DNA from: Lingula anatina
Lineage: Eukaryota > Animalia > Brachiopoda
Assembly: GCA_051362555.1 (NCBI GenBank)
Contig: CM120643.1
Location: 2,728,001-2,792,000 of the forward strand
DNA: 64,000 bases
Reading direction: 5' to 3'
Under the pieces are notes generated by a model. That model was not told the origin of the DNA, did not search any database, and was given only the letters and a program-made list of their open reading frames with translations. Below are positions 1-17,640 of the stretch, piece by piece (the first letter of the stretch is position 1; each line of letters begins with the position of its first letter). Both the position numbers and the translations under genes were made by a program.

Positions 1-189
1 AGTATCTAACATCTTTACCAAATTGTTTTGTAATTGTATTTATACTAAACAATTCATATCGCATCCCACCATTAATGCTATTCATGAAATTTTTAGATTT
101 GCCCTAATTGTAAACAATGACAGCATTGTAGCAGGTGATAAATTAAATGTGTTGTGATGAGTGTGAAGCCACTGTACAAGACAAGACAG

Positions 190-500
190 CATAGTGTTGG
201 ATGTGACAGCATTGTGTTGGATGAGACAGCATTGTGTTGGATGTGACAGCATTGTGTTGAGTTGGATGTAACAGCATTGTGTTGGATGTGACAGCATTGT
301 GTTGGATGTGACAGCATTGTGTTGTGTTGGATGAGACAGCATTGTGTTGGATGTGACAGCATTGTGTTGTGTTGGATGTGACAGCACTGTGTTGGATGTG
401 ACAGCATTGTGTTGGATGTGACAGCATTGTGTTGTGTTGGATGTGACAGCATTGTGTTGGACATGACAGCATTGTGCCGGATGTGACAGCAATGTGTTAA
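190..500. repeat. Intronic minisatellite, 20/25-bp unit GTTGGATGTGACAGCATTGT(GTTGT), about 14 copies
   Basis: Directly visible tandem array in the PRMT5 intron following exon 562-671; it produces the repetitive ORFs 82-633, 93-509 and 143-472. Confidence 0.95.
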
Positions 501-561
501 GCAAGACAAACTGGTGCTTGGTATGATAGTATTCTGTTTGACATAACACTATCTCCCCCAC

Positions 562-3500
562 CTCTGGATGTTTATCTTTCTCCCTGCACTGTCTGACCTC
601 ATTATACAGCTTGGCAGACTGGAGAGGGTTCAAATAGGACGTGTACTCACAGGGAATGCTAATTCCGTCCTCTGAAATGTTGGAGATCTTTGAAATTTCA
701 TTTTCTAGTGCCTATTTACATAATATTTAGAAATCCAGATTATACTCCATACACTTGTTGGCACAGTAAAAGGAAAAAGGAATGAGAGGCTAATATCTAT
801 TCTTGTTAACGTTTTTATAATAATTGTTTGAAAGTAATAAGAATACAGCAATTTTCACAATTCGATTATATTTGTGCACCATCTATAAACACTAGAAATA
901 TCTTTTTTTGGTTAATAAAACAAACTACAAATTTGAAAATTGTTAAAAATCAACAAACATTATTCAAATGTTCGCATTTACCTTTGAGAAATCTTTGAGC
1001 ACCATCTAAACACTCTGGAGAGAGTTCATTGTCGCTAAATGACCCGAGGAGTTCACTGACTAAAATGTCCGCCTTCTCTGGCGCCTCCCACTCTCGCATG
1101 TCACATGATACTACCGTCACCTGGTTGCCCCACATCTCCGCTTTCAGGTTCTCAAGACTGATAGAAAGATAAAAATAATAACAATAATAATGCAGCAAAA
1201 GTTGTATCACTGGATAATGAGTACAATATACAAAGAAAGAAGAGTCAAACTTGAATGGCTTGAATTTGAGTATTACCCAATCTTTTTCAAAGCTTACCGC
1301 ATTCTAAAAATATATTGTTTTTTTTCTTCCTTTTATTTTAAATCCACACACAACTGAGAATTTCAATTAATATAACTTCCTTAATTGCTTCATAGGAGAC
1401 ACGTACACTGCTACAGGACATCAATGTACACACAAACATTTTATTTATTTTATTTCAATCTGTTGGTAAATTCATAGTGAAAGTTTCAAACCTAATACAG
1501 GCCAGCTTCTTGATTTCTAAGTGTCCACAGAGTGCCTTGCGGAAATTTGATTAAGTATACATTAAACCTGAGTGATGCTCAGCGTGATGGACTAAAAACA
1601 AACTTATTATGTTCAAATAAGTTAAGAAACATTATGATTGGTCAACTTACGTGACAACTGCATTTGGGTTTTTCTCCACAGCGTATATCCTGAGCTGCCT
1701 GTCTGCATTCTTGGCTGCGGTAATGGCTGCTCTCACAAGAGGACCCCTGCCAGCGCCCACAACCATTAATATGCTGAAATGAAGGCAAAATGATACAATG
1801 TGGCAAGCCATTCTTGCTGACCCCTGTCTTTAGATTCTTTGTGAAACACTCCTAGTCGACTGCAGCGTAGTCGACCTAGCTAGGTTACTCAACTCGGGCT
1901 AGTCTACTATGGACTTAAGATTCTTTGTGAAACGGGGGCATGGGCAACTTTTTATGAAAGGTACTTGCAATTCACCTGCTCTCAGTTTTCAACTTTCAAA
2001 TATTTTTTAATATATAAATTTGAAAGTATTAAGGAAGAGGGTGACAGTTTTCAAGAGTAAAATAAGTTTAATTTTATATTGTCACCAATTATAATTAGCA
2101 AAAACTATCCACACATGCCATGTTTAAAATAGTGCACACGGAGTAAACTTATTGCAGATATGAGGCATATTCACGGTATTATGTCATAAATACTGAACAA
2201 TAATAAGTTACAACCTTTAAAGAATAAACACATACTAAAAAGCCTTACTGATGTCAAAGCTACATAAAATCTGAAGTTATAAAAATCAGAAAAAAAAATC
2301 CTAGATCATTGTTTGAAAATTTGTCTTAAAAATAACTCATAGAAAATTCAACTCACGTGACTTTTGAATCTTTCTCCTCTGGTAAAACCCTGTCAAGAAG
2401 AGCGTAATAAATTGCCTGGAAAGAAAAGTTATCAACATATTAGAAAATGTACTGTATATAGTGTATTCCAGACATTTTAAATCCTGCACAGTACTTCATT
2501 TCCCAATTTATCAAGTACTTTTCAAAATTTCTCAAAATCATTCATAAACAGCCAACTTAACTTTTTAAGAATCAAAAATATATTTTTATGTTTTATCAAA
2601 ACAAGTTCAGTTACGTCATGACTCGTATAGGTTTAATATAATAATGCGTGCTACCTTTTGGTATTGGGAGTATTTTACAGGATCCTTTTCAAACGTCTCA
2701 TACGTCTGGGATTCCAGATTGTCCATTAGAGGCTGAAAGATGAAGATTGGTGCAGCACCTGTTAAATTTGAGCCAACCCCAAAAGTTAAGAGCCATGCAA
2801 ATAAACCTACCTTGTGGCCTCTCGTGCAAGTAAACACTTCAGCTGGTCAAATTTGTAACAAGAATTTTAATTTAGCTCAGTTAAAACAAGTTAACTTGTA
2901 ATCAATGTGACTGAAAAAAACAACAAAACAATTAGCTGCTTAACTCTTATCAACTCTTCTTTTTTGTTGTTAAACTTCAGATAGTTTGAAATGGTTTCAC
3001 AATTGATTCAGGCACTGCATGTGTGACTTTATGACTGTGTGTGCGTGCGTGTGTGCGTGTGTGTGCATGGGTGCCTGTGTACGTGTGTGTGTGTGGAGGG
3101 GATGAGATGGACAAATTTCCCCTTTTTTCTTTTCATTCACAACAAACCAAACATAGATGGCGCTGCTGTGATCCCATCTCACCTGTAGAGGGCACTGTAG
3201 AAAGTCTTCATATCCCTTAGCAAATGCACTGACGGTATCAGGCGGGTCTCTTGATGCAAAGATATGTTCCATGTACTGGTAGTATGGCCTGATGCCTTTC
3301 TCTGGGTGGCGGACGACACCACTTATTATTAGTTGAACATCTAACTGAAAAAATCAAAAAACAATTTCCTTTCAATGATCAATGTTAAGCTATTTTTAGA
3401 CCCCGATTCCCATTCCTAGGTCAATCGCGCCTACAAAGCTGCAAAACGAAACTTAATTACCCTTAAACAGCTTCAGTAGGCGTACCAGACATCAGAACTA

Positions 3501-6500
3501 CTTATACTAAATGTAATTTACAGAGAAACCCCTTGGAGATGGGTCGATCCTGCAAGGTTGATCTAGGTATGGGAACGGGGTCTTAGTTTCAATTGACAGG
3601 CAGCATGTGTACAGTGTAACACTTAATACTCAATGGTAAATAAACTTCTCTCGATACCCTCTGCAGGCTAAGACTGCAGCTAATATAAATATTGCTCTCA
3701 ATAACTAGTAGTTATGCTTTTTCATGTTTAAACAGTTCAGCAATCAACAACAAATATGAATATAACAACACATAGATGATAAATCAATTAAAAATGGAAA
3801 CATGCCTGTTTTCAAATCAACATAAACAGCATGTTATCCTTCAAACTTACGTCAAACAATTTTTTCACAAAATTTTGATGTCCCTTAGAAAGCACAGGAA
3901 AGCCTTTCTTATTGGACAGAAATATACTGGTGGGTAAGATGGCCGCCTTAATGTTCTCCCCACACCAGCGCCTTAACACAGCCTCGTCAGGAAGGTCAGC
4001 TGATAGTTCGAGTGCCAGTCCAATTTTTTTCGATGTGTCGCATATGGTGCGGAATAGGTCCCACCTGATGGATGACATAGAATGGAGCAAATTTTTTTAA
4101 TATGTCATTTATATCAAAATATTTCATGGGTATCATTTCTGATTAACATGGGCTCCAAAAACTGTGTGAGCACAAACTTAAATGATTTTATGTCAAATAC
4201 TTCCTTTACCTAGTAAATGCTAATGAATTTATTACTTCCCTGGCCAGGCATATTCTTTTAAACTCAAAATGAAAATGCAGATTCTGGTGGTTTACAACAT
4301 TCATTATTGAATTTCAATGGCAATTTTTAAAATAAACAAGTGAATAAAAAAGAAGAAAAAATCCCCACCATTTCCAAGTATCGTCCTCCCAACTCGTGGT
4401 TTCCTCATCTGTCTGCTGTGACTGGAAGACTGCAGAGGCGACCTCTGCTGGAGATCTCATTGGCACCTGGACCCAAAACTAGAAAAACCAAGAAAAATTC
4501 ATACATGAAAATGATCAAATACAAGCTGAAAATCTTTCATACCATTTGCTTACAGGTTTGACAATGTTTGATAGTCAACATCAATATCATACATCAGTGT
4601 GTTAATGAATTCTAAACATTGCAGCCTTTTCTTTTGTCATATATTTGTGAGAGTGGGCAAAAATTTGTTCTCCAAGAAGTCACAAAAACTTTATTATATA
4701 ATTGGTAAAGAAAAGCAGAAATTAATTTCTGAATCAGTCCCTGGCCTTTTTGCAATCAAAATCACAAGAATCAAAATTAAAATATTCAAAACAACTAAAT
4801 CAACTTCTAATTTAAATTTTATTTAAATCTAATAACTTTTAATTAACATCAAATAATTTTAAAATACCTGCTGGTTTGGTCCTTGTGTTACATGTTCATT
4901 AAGAAATCTGGCAGCATTGACACATTTCCCGTGTTTTAGCTTCATCAGCACTGCTGGTAAAGTCAAATGTGCAGCAAAAGCCAGCTCCTCCTGGAAAGCC
5001 TGGGCAGGAACAGAACAAAAACCAGAGAAGTGGTCCAATAAGCTGCTATTCACACTTGACCTGTATTTAAGTGTTTTCAATCACTTCAATAAGTTTGAGG
5101 ATAACAAGACACCCACACTGTTATCCATTTATTGTTTTAACAGTGAAAAGTGAACAGCTTTGAGGACAACTGTTTGTACACAAAAAAAATTCTCTTCAGG
5201 ACATATATCCTTTGGGAAAATTGCTTCAAAATTTTATCATTAATCAACAAGAATTTTTTTTTCAGATTCAAGACTATGGAAGACAAGTTTTTAGGTTAAA
5301 TATTACATTACCCTCTAAAACAGCTTTAACAAACACATTATTGACATCTTTTTCATCTTTTTTGAGATAAAATACAGCATGTAAATTTACAGCTTCATTA
5401 AAAATCATACACAATATCAATTTGCAAATCAGACTGCATTCACTGTCAAGTGGCATGTCTTACCTTCTCCGAGTTCTTTCTAGTACTTTCAACCTCTGAG
5501 TCCAAATCTATCCATGGGGAGATCTTTCCTACAATCAAACTGCCCCAATCTGGAAAAGTTCAATGCACTCAAGATTGAAATTAGCACATAAATTGTGCAA
5601 CCTGACCTACATTGCTTATGAAGTACAGTGTTCAGATCAAGAGTTATTCAATGAACAAACCAATCAATGTGCATTTGCTATTTGTTAGTTTAAAGAGAAA
5701 GGGCAAAATATAAGCCTCAAACCAGTGTCATTCTGTGTTAGTGAGGACCACATGATAATAGAATTTATACAGACCAGCATTTATAAAAAATATGCTGGAC
5801 TGAAGGCATTTTTCCTGAACTGACTGTGAATTCCAAAACTTTTTCAATGACATGTTGTAAATTTGATGGTGGTCCCTTAGACTGACTGTGCACAATTTTC
5901 TACCAGTCCTCAGGCCTTATAAATAGACAAGGCATTTACTAACACTACCTGCAGATCTTTTAGCACTAACACCCATATAACCCACAAATTAACCAATACT
6001 ACCAGAGGCCTGAGTCCTTGAAAAGTGAATCATGAAGAGTGAGACCACCAGTTTTAGTGAAGATCCTGTAACTTGAGTGACAACTTACCCGTGGAGGTCA
6101 ACAGGAGGTCAGATCTTGTGAGGGGCCCTTGCCGTGATTTGGCACTTCCTTCTATAAACTCTCTCTTGTAGCGCGGATGGACCATAGGAATGCATACAAA
6201 ATCAAAGCTGAAATTGTGAACGTAAAATGACAAAAAATCTGTACAATGTGTCTTGAGGGAAACATCAGAAACATAATAAAAGAGGATGCTAGACATATCA
6301 AGTGTGGAGGGCCATGTGTAAGATAAGTGTACAAACTTCACATTTTACCCTCTTTAAATTAAGTTTATAATCATATCATAAGGCAGATATTGATCAAGTG
6401 GGTGGAGTTTGTTCAGCATCATTTAATTATCCATAATCCATTGCTTATTAAATTATTGAACTTCCATTGAAGATTTCTGTTACCTAAGCTAATCTTTCTA

Positions 6501-6969
6501 CAAGTATATGAACACAACTAATTTAAAAAACTCTGCAGTTTGGGTTATGTACTAGTAAGACTATTTTATTAAATTTATTTTTAAAAAATACTCGACATTC
6601 TGATTGATTTTAACGTGTTATATGACAGTCTTGTATGACAGTCACAAGCGCCGTTCTGAGCGCTTTTCAGATCTATAATTTAATCAAGCTGACACAAAAA
6701 AATGTGGTGTTTCTCCATAATGCAGTACATTACATGTGCATGTACCAGTAACTTGTACGAGTAGTTGAACTTGTAGTGTAGGGTTATGATTTGTCGGCAC
6801 ACACATCATAGTGAGTTTGGAGAAACTTGCTGAGTATTATAGTTTGTTCCTTGCTAAACAATACATATTTGTAAGAAGTTACATACCCATCCTTTGTCGC
6901 ACTCTCAACAGATGTGTTGATATCTGGACAATAATGAAGGTCTCTCCCGCACGACACGCGTACTGCCAT
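562..6969 (-). CDS. PRMT5: Protein arginine N-methyltransferase 5, 5' part (12 coding exons; gene continues beyond position 1)
   Basis: Exons with GT/AG boundaries and consistent phases: 6887-6969, 6089-6207, 5464-5549, 4868-4999, 4369-4478, 3851-4064, 3183-3344, 2655-2732, 2357-2415, 1651-1773, 982-1157, 562-671. Spliced product contains [59 protein letters not shown]-binding motif [11 protein letters not shown] and double-E loop [23 protein letters not shown]. Confidence 0.97.
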
Positions 6970-7180
6970 TTTTCGTTTAGAGCTGACCTTGACCTTTTTG
7001 GATTTTTACTATTAAAAAGTCCACTTATATGAGAAATACATATTATGATAAATACATCATTTTAAATAAAGAGGCTTTTTGTATTATAGACGAAGAATAA
7101 ACCCCAATAAAGAAGCTCATTATCACATTGAAGTGATTCAAAAGTGCGAGATACCTCATTCTGTGCAGAACGCTTTCAAG
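6970..7180. promoter_or_regulatory. Probable bidirectional promoter PRMT5/C5orf22
   Basis: Only 211 bp separate the divergent ATGs (6969 minus, 7181 plus); both 5' UTRs and core promoters must fit here unless there are overlapping upstream exons. Confidence 0.7.
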
Positions 7181-10740
<3,560 letters not shown>

Positions 10741-12051
10741 CGGAGTTCTGCAGTTTTCTGGGTTTTTTTTTTGTACGGATGGACTCCTTGCTCGATGGTC
10801 TAGTTCTTTTCTTTTTTTTTTTTGTCATGCATGCAGCCTTTATATTTAATACACAAGAGATGCACATATTTTGGCAAAGTGGATATTTTTTCAGGACACA
10901 ATAGGTTGACAGTTGTAGTTATATCATTGAACCTACAATACTCATTATCATGAACACCAACAACGTTAGTTTTCTTTAAAATATTTTGAATATATTATGA
11001 ATAACTAGGGATTGATGTAATAAATTTAATGCACTCTCAGCAATTTTCTCTAGGTGCACTGTGATATATGTTGGATTAAATACTAAAACAGATTGCCATT
11101 AATGCAGATTAAAGTGTGGTTCTAAAATAGTTTATTATAGTTTAACAAGTGTTTTTTTCTAATTTGATACTTCAAAATAGAGTTCTGTTTTATCCCCCAG
11201 AAGAATATAATTTTACAAGTGTGTTTTTTTCCACATTATACGTCAAAATGGAAGTTTATTCTCTCCCCCAGAAGACTACCAGTTCGATGTCATGGCGGTC
11301 CATCAATACTCGTCCTCGTTCTTGCACGCAGCTATTACGTCTGGGTGAGGATAGTCTGCCAAAGATCGTTCCTAAAAAAACAACAATGTTTTGATTCAGT
11401 AAACAATTTTGGGACATTTCATAATAAATTGAAGAAAAAAAGCATTTCAGTCACGTTTTGTGTAGTATTTGCATATATATTTTTTTAATTCTTTTGCTTA
11501 ATACTAAAGTGACCTCTCACATCACAAGAAATTCTGTGTGTAGTGACCCAATTAAAACAGTTGAATCGTCAACGCTAATTTTGATGCTGCATTCAGGGGT
11601 TGATTCAGAAATATTTTCTGACAGTCTTCCAAATTATCTTTGTTGATCCATCCTCCATTTTTGACATCTCTTCCGACACAAAAAATTAGACACCCGTCAA
11701 TGTAAACTTGAAAATCTGACCGTCTTCCGGAAGACCCAGAAGACGGCCTAAATCCGCCCCTGGCATTGTTCGAAAGCGTAAAAAAGACACAAACAGGAGA
11801 AAAATAACGAAATTGTGAAATATTCATAACTCCTGACATAAATATATCTACGAATATCATGTTTTTGAATCCATAATTAACAGTAGAGACCTGGATTTTG
11901 TGTATGAAATAGGTGACAGTGCAGATGTGAAATATTTCAGTATCATTTATTACCGGTACTGACCAATTTCTTTCTTGTTTCTTCTACCTGTGCTTTCATG
12001 GATGCCAAACATTGCTAAAAAGCAATAATAAATAAATAAAAAAATAAAAAA

Positions 12052-12082
<31 letters not shown>

Positions 12083-13055
12083 ATATTATTTCTATCTGAA
12101 ATATTTTGGTTTCAATTTTTTGTGGCTCTACTGAGTAACTGCAAAGTAGAAACAGCATTAGGGGGCGCTGAAGTTATTGTGCTTAGTTTCCAGTTTTAAT
12201 TTTTTTTTCAAAAACGATTTTGGCAACCAAAGAAAGTGTCGTTATGTCTGGAAGGAACATATATTCTAGCTGCATATAATTACAGCTGGGAATCTAGGTC
12301 CGGGTAGGGCAGTACATCCTAGGAAACACGGCCATATTACATGTAGCTACTGGTTACCATAATCAAGGAGTTAACTCCTTGCCACCTTGCCATAATCGTT
12401 TTTGATAAACGAAACTAGAAATTAACTCCACCGCTCTCATCTTCATAGCTTCGTATGTGACATTTAAATACACCATTGAATCTGAAGCTTATAAATGATA
12501 TTTCTAATATGTTATTTGTTTCATCTCAAATACTCGCTAAACCTCACCATCGGCGACTGGCGTCTCTCCATATAGCATTCCACCACAAGGGTCCACTGTT
12601 GCGATAGAGGCTCACATTTCTGCCATGGGTGACTCTCGCTGCGAGGCTTCCACGGTGCTGCCGATCTTTGGACACATTTGGCAGCGTGATATTTGTTGGT
12701 TGGTTCCGAAGAATCCTCCATTTACGTCGATTGCTCAGTTTTAATGTATTAAAGATTTGATATCGATAATTTAGATTTAATGCTATCAACTCTTTCAACG
12801 CAAGTGGTTTTCCCGTTGGTTGGTTTGGTTTCCACTGCAACCAATCTAGCTGTGTGACGTAATAATACTCATGCGTTACTGACGTCACAGACGATGGTGA
12901 TTTTATGGCGTCACATTTATCTTTACGTCACAATGGTTAATGCTATCGGTACTGACTATAGGAACTTCTCATAAGTTCAATAAAATCAATAAATAAAGGG
13001 AAAATTGCAAGGAATTTTAATCTAATCTTATTTATTTATTTATTTATTCATTCAT

Positions 13056-13111
<56 letters not shown>

Positions 13112-13169
13112 TATCTTGGGTGTATTTAAAGGTCCAACGCCTATAACCAGGCTTTTGTAATCAGGTTTT

Positions 13170-13176
13170 GAGAGAG

Positions 13177-13269
<93 letters not shown>
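13170..13269. repeat. (GA)n microsatellite, preceded by (TTTA)n at 13028-13110
   Basis: Directly visible. Confidence 0.95.
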
Positions 13270-13272
<3 letters not shown>

Positions 13273-13705
13273 ACAAACAGGACAGGTTTTTTATTAATAA
13301 AAATACTGTTTTCGCCTTGGCGTCATGTTTAATAAACCTAACACCACTTTGCCTATAAGCTAAGTATTAAAATAATATATATAGGTCTGTATTAAGCAGT
13401 ATTCTGGCTACAGTAAATGTATTGCAATAAGGGAGAGATACGGGTTAATGGAGGAACGCTTGTCTAAAGATGAACAGGTACAACGTAGAAAGATTGAACA
13501 AAATAACCGAACAATGTCAAAAGAATTCAGTATGGTACTGTCAGCAAATATCATGATAATAAGGTATCGGGCTTAAAATGGAATGCAGAACATTTCTTTA
13601 TTACAAATTCGACATGTTCATTCCTTGCATCATTTGACTTATTTTGCAGAGTGTATAGTCGTTACATGTAAAACTAGCATAGTATTATAGACAGAATATC
13701 AATAA

Positions 13706-15101
13706 TCACAAAGCGTCGTCGTCTTCATCCGAGATGGATTCTACTGCTTCAGCTTTTTTCATGTCCATTTTTAAATTTACCATTTCTTCCTCATCGACAG
13801 GTAATTTTTCTTTGTCCTTGCTGCGGCGAACTCCTTTCTCATTGCCGTCTTTCTTTTCCACAGCGTCTTTGAATTTCTTACCCTTATCAAAACACTTATG
13901 TTTTATGGTAAGTGCAATTAAAGCCGAGATCGGTGGGAACATCTGACATATGGACTGAATTATGGGAAAGATGGCCGCCAAATCCCCTTCAGGTTGGGCG
14001 AGAGAAAACTGAAGAATAAGGATAGGAATACCTATATTCTGTATGCCAGTTTCTAAAGAAATCGTAATGGCTCTCTTGCGGGGCTGCCGAAATATTTTAG
14101 CGATTACAAACCCAAACAAGAATCCGCACCATGGCGTTAACGCCCCGACGCCAATCAAACGCGGACGTTTACCCATCAGTATCCACATATAAAGATTTAC
14201 GTATACCCCAAATGAGTACACATATACAATAAATATTAACGCTAGGGGGCGTATTAAGCGCTTCGTTTTGTCGGCCATGTGAGGTTTCCAGAGGCGAAAG
14301 AGAATGCCTATTAAGATAGGGCCGACCAGAGACGCTATGGTGACGGCAATGGAAGCGTATGGGATCTTGATCTTGCTTTCGTCGATGTAGAATCGCCCCA
14401 ACAGAAATAACCACAGCGGCATGACGCCTAGGAGAAAAAACGTTTGTTATCTGAAAATCATACAGCTACTCTTTTTATGTGGGAAAACATTATGGCAACA
14501 ATTATAAAATTAAAAATGAAAAAAAAAATGAAAATTTAGAATATCTTTAAAAAATTAAAATTAAAAAAAAAAAAACAAATTAAAAAATTTGTCTCCGTCA
14601 AATTATCAACGTCATCTGCAGAAAAGTTGCAGAAAAGTCTTCCGAAATTGTTTTCACGAAAAATCCAAAATGTTAAATATCAAAGAGTAAGTCTCGCAAA
14701 TGTGCATGCCTTACAGAAATCAGTGGCATGAAGCGCAAAATGCGTCATTGTACATGCATATGCATGGGTATATGTGTGCGGTGTGGTATGTGTGTAGTAG
14801 CATTGCATAGCATAGCATATAGCATTGTATTCCAAAGTGTCATACCCAGTGACACGCAGGTGCTCAGAAACGTCATAGTAATGCTGAGCTCCAGCTCCCC
14901 TCCTAGCAGTATAGTCCAGACGTTACTGGACCCACCCCCGGGACTACAGCCTATGGTCAGAAGGCCCAGGCCGAAAGCGTCCTCGATCTGTGTGATCTGG
15001 CCCACGGCGAACGCCAACTGGAAGAGGTAATTCAAACTGGAACTTAATTGTGGTTTCTATCGGGATTCGTTTCGTATTTGCAGATTTATTTCTTAAAACA
15101 A

Positions 15102-15161
<60 letters not shown>

Positions 15162-16132
15162 AATAAATAAATGAAATTAAAAGACAAATAAATAAAAAGG
15201 TCCAAAGTATTAGCCTGTTAAAAAAGAGTAGTTTTTCATCATCTTGAACAAAATAATAAATATTCAAAATCTTACTGCATCTTTTTCTTGTCACCGTATT
15301 TGCAAAATTCTCATATTGAGAAGGGGGTACGGGATAGAGGGCTTTCGGCCTGAAGCCGAATTCAAAAATAAACACTTACTAGAGGCATGAGAACATACTG
15401 GGACGCAAAACCAATAGCTGGCGCCAGAGGCTTCTTCAAAATGTCCCTGACGATGCCCATGTCTAAGGTGCACCCCATCAGCATGGTGAGAAACGCCACG
15501 AATGCTGACGTCACGACCCGAAACGCGGTATCTATGGGCCTACGTTTTCTGATAACTACGACGTCCTCGTATACCTTGAGTATAGAAGTAGTATTGTCAC
15601 CCATATGTGCGTCGTCGGAGTTGGTCTTAAAGTTGTTGTTGTCAATTTTATCGGCGATTTCGTAGAAATTCAAAGTGATATCAGCTCTGCCCAAACGTAG
15701 TCCTGTTATTAGTAGCTGTCCCGAGCAGGACATACCGCTTTCAAATTCGCTACTGTTTTTGAATCCCTCTGTTGAGAAAATGAAGTTATTGTTTTGTAAG
15801 ACCCTATAGTTCAAAGTGTCATTGTTGCCTTCGTGACGGTAAATAGTGACGTTTTCCAGAGACGAACCAGTTCCAGAAGTCTCGTTGCTGCCAATAGTGT
15901 TCTCATAGCGGTCGTTGATATACTGCACGCTTGCTACCTCAACATCTGTTACAGCCACGTGAACTGAAAAATTCCTCCACTGCGGACAGCTAAAATTTAA
16001 AAAGACGAGCTTTTCCTGTCCTTCCACGATCAAGATATGAGAGGGATCAAATGAAATGTTGAAGTCATGCGACATGGCGGGTACCGCACATGTCATAACA
16101 ATCCAAAACGCGATGTATGGACTTAAAAGCAT
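13706..16132 (-). CDS. SLC10 family Na+/bile-acid cotransporter-like, paralog A (548 aa)
   Basis: Exons 15380-16132, 14846-15017 (172 nt), 13706-14427. Signal peptide, N-glycosylated ectodomain, then SBF motifs MGC.L, GF.SQY.LMPL, GCSPGGGSSN, SITMTFLST, LETGIQN. Confidence 0.93.
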
Positions 16133-16233
16133 TTTGTGCTGTTCATAGACCGACAGTGTGTTAAGATATCACCTCGACTTTTCCTGTTTGTGTTCACACG
16201 GATAAGATAATACGGCTCCGATTACTATTCTTA

Positions 16234-16413
16234 GAGCGCATTCAGAACACCGGACTATCCACAGATCAAATACGGCTGACCCACTTGAATGCTTGTTGCG
16301 TAATCCCCGCGGGGAATCTCTTCAGTGTCTAATAGGGAATGAAGCGGCAAGCTTTTTAGAGGATCGCCATATTTGATCCGCGGATCTGTTAGCACGCTGT
16401 TCTGAATGCGCTC
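16234..16413. mobile_element. MITE family B copy 1 (TIR GAGCGCATTCAGAACA...; PIF/Harbinger-like)
   Basis: Starts GAGCGCATTCAGAACA, ends TGTTCTGAATGCGCTC; flanked TTA/TCA; homologous copies at 21453, 25403, 27494, 42366, 43399, 46770. Confidence 0.85.
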
Positions 16414-17278
16414 TCATATTATTATCAGTTTTATTTGCGGTCAACGATAATATAGAGGGTGAGGTAATAGGTTATATAAATGGAGAAAAAACACTTGTGG
16501 ACCCGGAGTTTTTGCTATGGCAACACGAGGATGAAAAGTTTGGGATTGGGAATAAGTTTTCTATCATTTCATGGAATACGGGTGGTAACATCTCTCAGGT
16601 CTGTCTCGCTTCGCTCTAATATTGTTTCTATCTTTCTTTTTTGTTTGGGGTGGGGTGTGTGTGTGTGTGGGGGGGGGGGGGAGGGGGGAGGCACAACTCC
16701 CGAAAACTCCATAAAATCTGTTTGTAAATAGCAAACACAGATAACATACGTATTAACACTAGTTAATTTATAAAGAAGTAGAACGAAACAGCAATAACAC
16801 AAATACGTTAATGAATACTTCCAAACTTTGAAGAGCTTTTATCAGTTTAGGGAATATGACTAGGTGGTCATAAGTAGAGCAAAAGGTCTTCAAAGGCCAA
16901 TCTCACACCAGTTTTGTCCCATATAAAGACCTTATATACCTAAACGATTAGTGCCGTTTTACACTTTTCTCAATTCTATTTAATTAATTCTAAATTAATG
17001 CTTTTTCAAGCCTTTGAATCAAGCATATTTAGAATATTTTTTCAAGATAGGTTTGCCACAATATATGTAAAACAAACAAACAAACAATATCCTTTAGCTG
17101 ATAACAATGCTCTTTTTCTCTCTGTGTCAAGCTAAGCAGATACTTTGGCAGAGATGGCAGGATATTTACTAATGAATATGAGCCGCATCTTGCACTTTCC
17201 TAATTAATAAAGAAAATCAAATATTCTTATACCCGTGTTCAAATCACGTGAAAACAAGTCGCTGCATCATGTAAACAT

Positions 17279-17321
<43 letters not shown>

Positions 17322-17391
17322 CTTATTTATTTATTTCGGTTCACTTCTTTGTGACCATGGCGTACCGAATCCAACATAAAATAATAATAAC

Positions 17392-17427
<36 letters not shown>

Positions 17428-17595
17428 TAGCAGAAGAAGAAGAAAAAGGCCAAAAAAAAAAAAAAAAATAGAAAATTGTTAATATTTTCTGAGCACTTGG
17501 CTCGTTCACAAAAACAATTAAAACTCCTTCAGTAGTTCGACGGGCACCAGTTGTATGGTTTGAGTGTTGACGGTTAGGCCTATTCATTATACAAC

Positions 17596-17640
<45 letters not shown>

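Noticed and set aside
190-500. CRISPR-like appearance of the repeat (also 30311-30506)
   Set aside because: Units are contiguous with no unique spacers, the context is eukaryotic and no cas genes are present.
82-560. Long Cys/His-rich repetitive ORFs (183, 138, 109 aa)
   Set aside because: Translations of the intronic 20/25-bp minisatellite; only 562-671 is a true PRMT5 exon.
11109-12235. Possible TTAA-flanked (Kolobok-like) element and ORF 11552-11860
   Set aside because: Candidate terminal inverted repeats match too weakly and no second copy is in the window.
14944-15375. Poly-Tyr, poly-Ile, poly-Asn, (ER)n, (CV)n and (HT)n ORFs here and at 17327, 26249-26760, 31842-32332, 36273-36495, 37996-38223, 54555-54904
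   Set aside because: Microsatellite translations.
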